Part shown: positions 58,728 to 64,000 of the stretch, piece after piece | How positions within the stretch are numbered: position 1 is the stretch's first letter | Layout: every line of letters starts with the position of its first letter | Notes under the pieces: model-generated | The model's input: the letters and a program-made list of their open reading frames with translations, nothing else | Told to the model about the DNA's origin: nothing | The model's database searches: none | Source: Fistulifera solaris | Taxonomy: Eukaryota | Direction of reading: 5' to 3' | NCBI GenBank assembly: GCA_030295235.1 | Contig: AP026127.1 | Coordinates: forward strand, 868,001 to 932,000 | Length of the DNA: 64,000 bases | Made by a program: the position numbers and the translations under genes

Positions 58728-60532
58728 ATGGAAGCGCCATATCCGACAAGCGAGCCTACTTTGGTTAATGATACTCGAACGACAGCGCTTGATATCGCGG
58801 AAGAGGAACACGAATATGACGCCGTGACGGCTGTATTGATCAATGTGACGTTAATTAGTTGCTTGTTGCTAGCTTATTATGTGAAACGATTCCGAATATA
58901 CTCGCTTCCGGAATCGGCGGGAGCACTACTGATAGGCGTACTTGTTGGTGGAATAGCGAGGCTTTGTACCAACAAGCTTGTTCTTTTCGAATTTGTAAGT
59001 ATCAACCGAAAAAATGTGTGCCTTGTATTGACTGCGCCTCCTCGTGTCTCAGTTTTCTTTGCCTGCAGTCATCGGAGGTATTCTTCTTTGTACTTTTACC
59101 GCCAATAATCTTTGAAGCGGGATACTCGTTAAAGCGCAAAGATTTCTTTGAAAACATTGGTGCAATCACCTTGTACGCCATGCTCGGGACGATGATTTCC
59201 ACATTCGTCGTCGGCGGACTCTGTTATTACTCAGCTATCCTGGGGATCATACCAGATATCGATAAAGAAAACCCAATGGAAGCTTTGTTGTTCGGAGCGC
59301 TCATTAGCGCGGTCGACCCCGTTGCAACTCTCTCGATTATGGGAAATACCCATTTGAAATGTGATCCGCTGCTTTATAGTCTGGTATTTGGTGAATCTGT
59401 CCTCAATGACGCTGTCGCCATTTCACTGTTCAAGGTGTTTGCGAAATACTACAAACCGACAGGACCGGACCTGTCACAATCCGAAATTCCTGCCGCTTTG
59501 GGGTCGTTCCTTTCTGTCTCTCTCTTCTCCGTTTTCGTGGGTGTCGGGCTTGGGCTTGTTGCGAGCTATCTGTACAAGCACACCGATTTGTCAGACTATC
59601 CTCATTTGGAGACCTCGTTGCTATTTTGCTTTTGCTACCTGTGTTACGCCACGTCGGAGGCGGTGGGGTTGTCGGGAATCATGAGCTTATTCTTTCAAGG
59701 GATGGTTTTGTCGCATTACAACTCTTACAATCTATCGCCGACCGCACACGTTGCATCCGAGCACATTTTTTCGACCTTGGCAACTGTTGCTGAAACTGTC
59801 GTTTTCCTTTACATGGGGATGTCACTTTTTACTGCACGTTTCAGCAAGTACAACGTGCTCTTTTCGCTATTAGCGCTGGTCTTTTGCCTCATTGGCCGCG
59901 CCTTGAACATATTTCCACTTTCTTGGCTGGCCAATCTATGCCGTCAAAATCCCTTGAATCCTGGTGAGAGTAGTGGCGGTCGTCATATCTCATTTTCAAT
60001 GCAATGTGTGCTTTGCTTCGCGGGGTTGAGAGGTGCCATTGCTTTCGCGCTAGCTTCAGGTATGCCTGGTCCAAATAGAGAAGTTTACGCAACAGCCACA
60101 CTATTCATTTGCATATTCACGACGGTCGTTTGCGGAGGCCTTACCGACACAGTTCTAACCTATTTCGACATGAAGCAGTCTAGCTCTATGTCCTCTGATG
60201 ATGATGACAATGACAGCAATGACGCTATCAGCACAAACCGTTTGACTTACAGTCCACATAATGGCAACTCTACAAACAACCTTGTTCATCATCTACCTCT
60301 GGCTCGTCGGACTAGCATCAAAGTGTACAATGGTGCAAAGAAGGCGTGGAAGCAATTCGAAAACGATTTTCTAAAACCCAATTTTGGAGGACGCTCGCAT
60401 GTAGAATCCGGGACGCATCCTTATCGAGAAGGCGGTGCCAACGGCCGTGGGAATTATGAGCTGGGCTTCTTGAATACTAGTGACGGTGACGACGAGGAAG
60501 AATCTGATCGACAGTATGATGATTCTGAGTGA
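58728..60532 (+). CDS. Na+/H+ exchanger, CPA1 family, intracellular NHE8-like; intron 58995-59068
   Basis: LPESAGALLIG, FFFVLLPPIIFEAGY, FGALISAVDPVATL, LVFGESVLNDAVAI, SGIMSLFF, AGLRGAIAFALA. Confidence 0.93.
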
Positions 60533-60606
60533 AGGAGAAAGCCGTAACAGGTACAGGGTCCACAATACAAATTTTTTATAACTATTCGGAGTTTCTTTAA
60601 GCTTTT

Positions 60607-62537
60607 TCATTGCTCAGTTTGAATTACGTTTCGCCAAGCTTGTGGAAACATCTCATCAGGTATTCGAATATCATGACGAAAGGCATTCGTGAGAAAAATA
60701 TCAGAAGTATAAGGCTTGTCTACAAATCGAATCGCTTGTCGTGGCAAATGTTCCTCGAGGTGATTGATAAGGAGGCTGTCGTCATCAGGGTCTGGTTCTT
60801 TCATGACAACAGTATATCTTAGCTGACCTTCAATTCGTTCAACACGCATGATTTCACAAGGAAGCAATTCGTCTCGATGGGAGCGAAGATAGTCATCGAT
60901 TGTGTTGTTTGCCGCAAACACTTCCCAATCGTCATTATCGAGAAACACTTTTTCACATTTAACTTCCACGTTCGCAGGGTATCTGGGGGACTCGATCTGA
61001 TCAAACTCGGTGTAAAGTCGGCTTCGCTTGTCTGCATTCAGTTGTCTAGCCGATGTATAATTGGCAAAATCATCGCGATGATCCTCAACGTGTTGTTGCC
61101 ATTTCACCAAATGTTCTTGCCATGCTTGCTCCCATTCTTCTCCATAGTCAAGATATATCTCTTCTCCTGATTGAATGTCTCGCAACGCCACTAGCTCGAA
61201 AGCCAGCTTGGCTGTCGCATTCGTGTCGAGCTCTTCAATGGAACGCTCCAATAGTTCCGGCATGTGGTTGCCGCGTTGTGGATCCGCCCAACGCAATTTG
61301 ACATTAGCTTTCGTTGCATTGTGGTTGATGTAGTTGACCATGGGACCGTATGGACAAAGTAACAATGTGCTTTCGCCATGTCCATAACAATAGTTCATTA
61401 GTATCTGTTGACCCAAAAGACCCTTCGATCGACTAGGCCTGCGCTGCTTGGATCGTGTTTCTAGTTGGTACATGTTGAGTCGACCGCGATCCGATATGTG
61501 AATAAGGGGCACGTGCGCGACGACAGTGTCCGCGGGAAGAAAGCGAGAGGCAAAGGCCCCGCGACCCGCTTGTGCCAATTCAGATGGACCTGCCTTCAGA
61601 TGGTCACCGCACGTTCCGTGTTCTTCGATCCATTCCAATGATCGGGTACTTTGAAGCCTTCGTAAGCTCTGTAGACTCATCTTTTCAGCGTTTCCAGTTC
61701 ATCCGGGTCGTCGTGGTGGAACGCTCCCAGGATCCTTGAACCGTCGAATTTATTGTTGCGAATGAATACATCCCAGAGCTCCTTTGCCACATCTTCGGGT
61801 AAAACTTGTTGTTTGTCAACCTGGATTAGTTTTCGGAAGCTTCGAAACAGTTGATTCGCTTTTTTAAGATCTTTGAAGAGAGGAACAGTTTTCATCTGAG
61901 GCCGAGTTTCAAACCAATTTTCTCCATAACTAACAAAGAACTCTTGACCAGCCGAAATGTCCCGTTTTGCCACCGAGAGACGATTCCCATACATCGAAAA
62001 GCCACCTAAGCCGGGATCTTTTGAACGATGCAGGGAAGCTGTTTCGTCGTACGGCACTGGCGAGTATTCTTCGACATTGAAAATGCCCAAGAAGGAGTTG
62101 GCGGCCGCTCCAAAGCCCGGAGACGCCACATTGACGTGTCCGTAACCCTCATGATCCATTTGCAATGATTCTGCGTCCCAGGTGTATTCATCCCATAAGA
62201 AATTCCATTTCTCTGGACTGTATTCTCGCGCGTGACTTTCAATGTCAATGATGGGGATGACGACATCACCATACTCTTGCAACAGGTCACCCTTTCGGAA
62301 ATCTCTACCAGCGTACATACCCAAACCAGCGCCGGGGATGGTCGACGGGGCTAACCAGATGCCGCACTCGGAATTTGGGTTTGAAGGAAGAGGCACTGTT
62401 TCTTCCGAGATGCCTGCTTCGATAAGTGCATCTTGAGCCAGGGATCGAGTCGATGCGGCGTATTCAATCGATGATGCGTGAACGATGGCGAAGGCTCCCG
62501 CAACAAGAGTGAGCCACATTTTTAAGCTTGGCATCAT
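60607..62537 (-). CDS. Secretory-pathway dual SET-domain protein (diatom BacSET-like); frameshift near 61682
   Basis: Signal peptide; first SET CGIWLAPSTIPGAGLGMYAG...RDISAGQEFFVSYG; second SET GPSELAQAGRGAFA...YINHN...VALRDIQSGEEIYLDYG. Confidence 0.82.
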
Positions 62538-63286
62538 TCACTGATAATTCGAGAGATAACGAATTACAGTGCAACAGTTGTATTCTTTGACTTTGCTTTC
62601 GAAATTATTCGGTGGCAATTCCGAACAACAACTTTTGGAACGGATCAATCATCTACACAAATGTATCGAGACTATAATTTTCAACGGTTACTACCGGTAC
62701 CCAGCATAGTTTCTACTTAGTCACATCTTGTCCCAGTGTCGTTCCGCTTTAGCAGGGCTTCGATTATTCAGTCATGAGGAGGAGTCATGAATCATTATGT
62801 ACTCGTTGAGCCAATAGACCCATTCAACTACAAGGAAGGAGATCAAAACGTAACTTTTTTTAAAGATCGATAGAAATGCTATTCATGTTGGATTCATGAG
62901 CTTTAGACATACCCTTACTTAATTCTTTGAATACTGGTAGCCCAACGCGTCGAACACACCACGTACCCGGTAGCACTTGCCCGCAAGTATACAAGAAGGT
63001 GACGGTGAATGCTTTTGATTCCTTTGCGGCTTCATTTACTTCTCACTTTGTGAATTAACGTATCCTGTGCTGGAAACAAGTCCGTTTTCCGTTCAAAATG
63101 GTGGCTTTTTTCTCTGATGCAAAATAGAAATATTACAGAATAGTAAGTATTGACTCATAATAGATTAATTTCTTAGGCTTCTCTATTCACAACAACTGCA
63201 TATCCAAACAAATAATAGGAGTAGCAGTCAAGGCACATGATGCCAGATTGCCAAACAGGATCGCAGTACGAGCGATTTTAGCGAGT

Positions 63287-63907
63287 TTATGAGGAGGCAA
63301 GAGGTGCAACAATTGCGGCTCTCTCTTCGGAAGATTGCGACCACGATTGTAACAGTGATGAATCTACGTCGAAGTCATTGGACTTCGTAGGTAAATTCAG
63401 CATATCCATGTATTTTGTGTTCGCTTGTTCAACCTCCACCAAGACCTCATTCACCTCTTCAGAGGATCGTGCTCCCCACGAGCGCAAAAGTGCGTTTGGT
63501 TTTGGTTCAGTAGCCGTTTCATCCACGAAATTTACCACCGAGGATGCTATTGTAGTGGATGGAGATGATTGCGGCGGGGAAGATTGCGCTCCTGCTAGCA
63601 AGTTCGTGTCCCGGCATGCAGATTGGTCATTGATAAGCGCAGAGCTCGCTTTCCACGAACGCAGCAATGCGTGCTGTCGTGATGCAGGCGTCTCCGTCTC
63701 TAATGATTCCGGCGCTGACGATACGGGGGAGGATTCAGAGGACGCTGATAGCGAAGATTCAACCGCTACGTAGGAAGCCGCATCCGAGTCCGTTTCGCGT
63801 GACACCTCGGATAGTTGCTTCAACCGCTCTTCTTCCTTTTCCTCTCGTCGTCGTTTCTCCCAAACCTTGTATCCGACAACAGCAACAGGTATCAAGAATA
63901 AAACCAT
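63287..63907 (-). CDS. N-terminally anchored Ser-rich hypothetical protein
   Basis: Hydrophobic N-terminus, short charged coil and a disordered tail with three LL(R/Q)SW motifs. Confidence 0.6.
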   Translation of the reverse strand: MVLFLIPVAVVGYKVWEKRRREEKEEERLKQLSEVSRETDSDAASYVAVESSLSASSESSPVSSAPESLETETPASRQHALLRSWKASSALINDQSACRDTNLLAGAQSSPPQSSPSTTIASSVVNFVDETATEPKPNALLRSWGARSSEEVNEVLVEVEQANTKYMDMLNLPTKSNDFDVDSSLLQSWSQSSEERAAIVAPLASS

Positions 63908-64000
63908 ATTGTTTATATTCTTTGTTCAATGAAGACTTCGCAGCACAGAAGAAAAAAAGGCACTTTGTCGTTGAGATGATGGAAAAGACCGTGTCGTTCG

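Overview
Gene-dense eukaryotic nuclear DNA with short (~70-95 nt) GT-AG introns and bipartite plastid-targeting presequences. The gene content points to a pennate diatom, probably Fistulifera (inference, not checked): a receptor cyclase-PDE fusion, a class C GPCR, a secreted dual-SET protein and two members of a lineage-expanded 'Y(R/K)LLREP...LNxFYxGSA' family. About 30 protein genes are recognisable, including an S10 carboxypeptidase, VPS52, a focadhesin/RST1-like protein, a GT8-like protein, SLC35F, DODA, a DUF676 lipase, HCCS, an ABC protein, a SLOG/DprA-like plastid protein, a securin/PATRONUS-like candidate, GPN2, SWC4, CCB3 and an NHE8-like exchanger. Roughly 20 single-base frameshifts, mostly in homopolymers, split otherwise intact genes and look like sequencing errors. 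The intergenic DNA is the more unusual part. It holds a 407-bp TRIM-type LTR element with tRNA T-arm-like hairpins nested in a ~235-bp satellite, a mini-Helitron and a ~520-bp foldback palindrome. It also holds three arrays of a 33/68-bp hairpin repeat, a ~210-bp repeat family with a structurally conserved core, a dispersed ~55-bp motif, and many TA-flanked micro-insertions that look like Tc1/mariner excision footprints. No rRNA, complete tRNA or CRISPR locus is supported.
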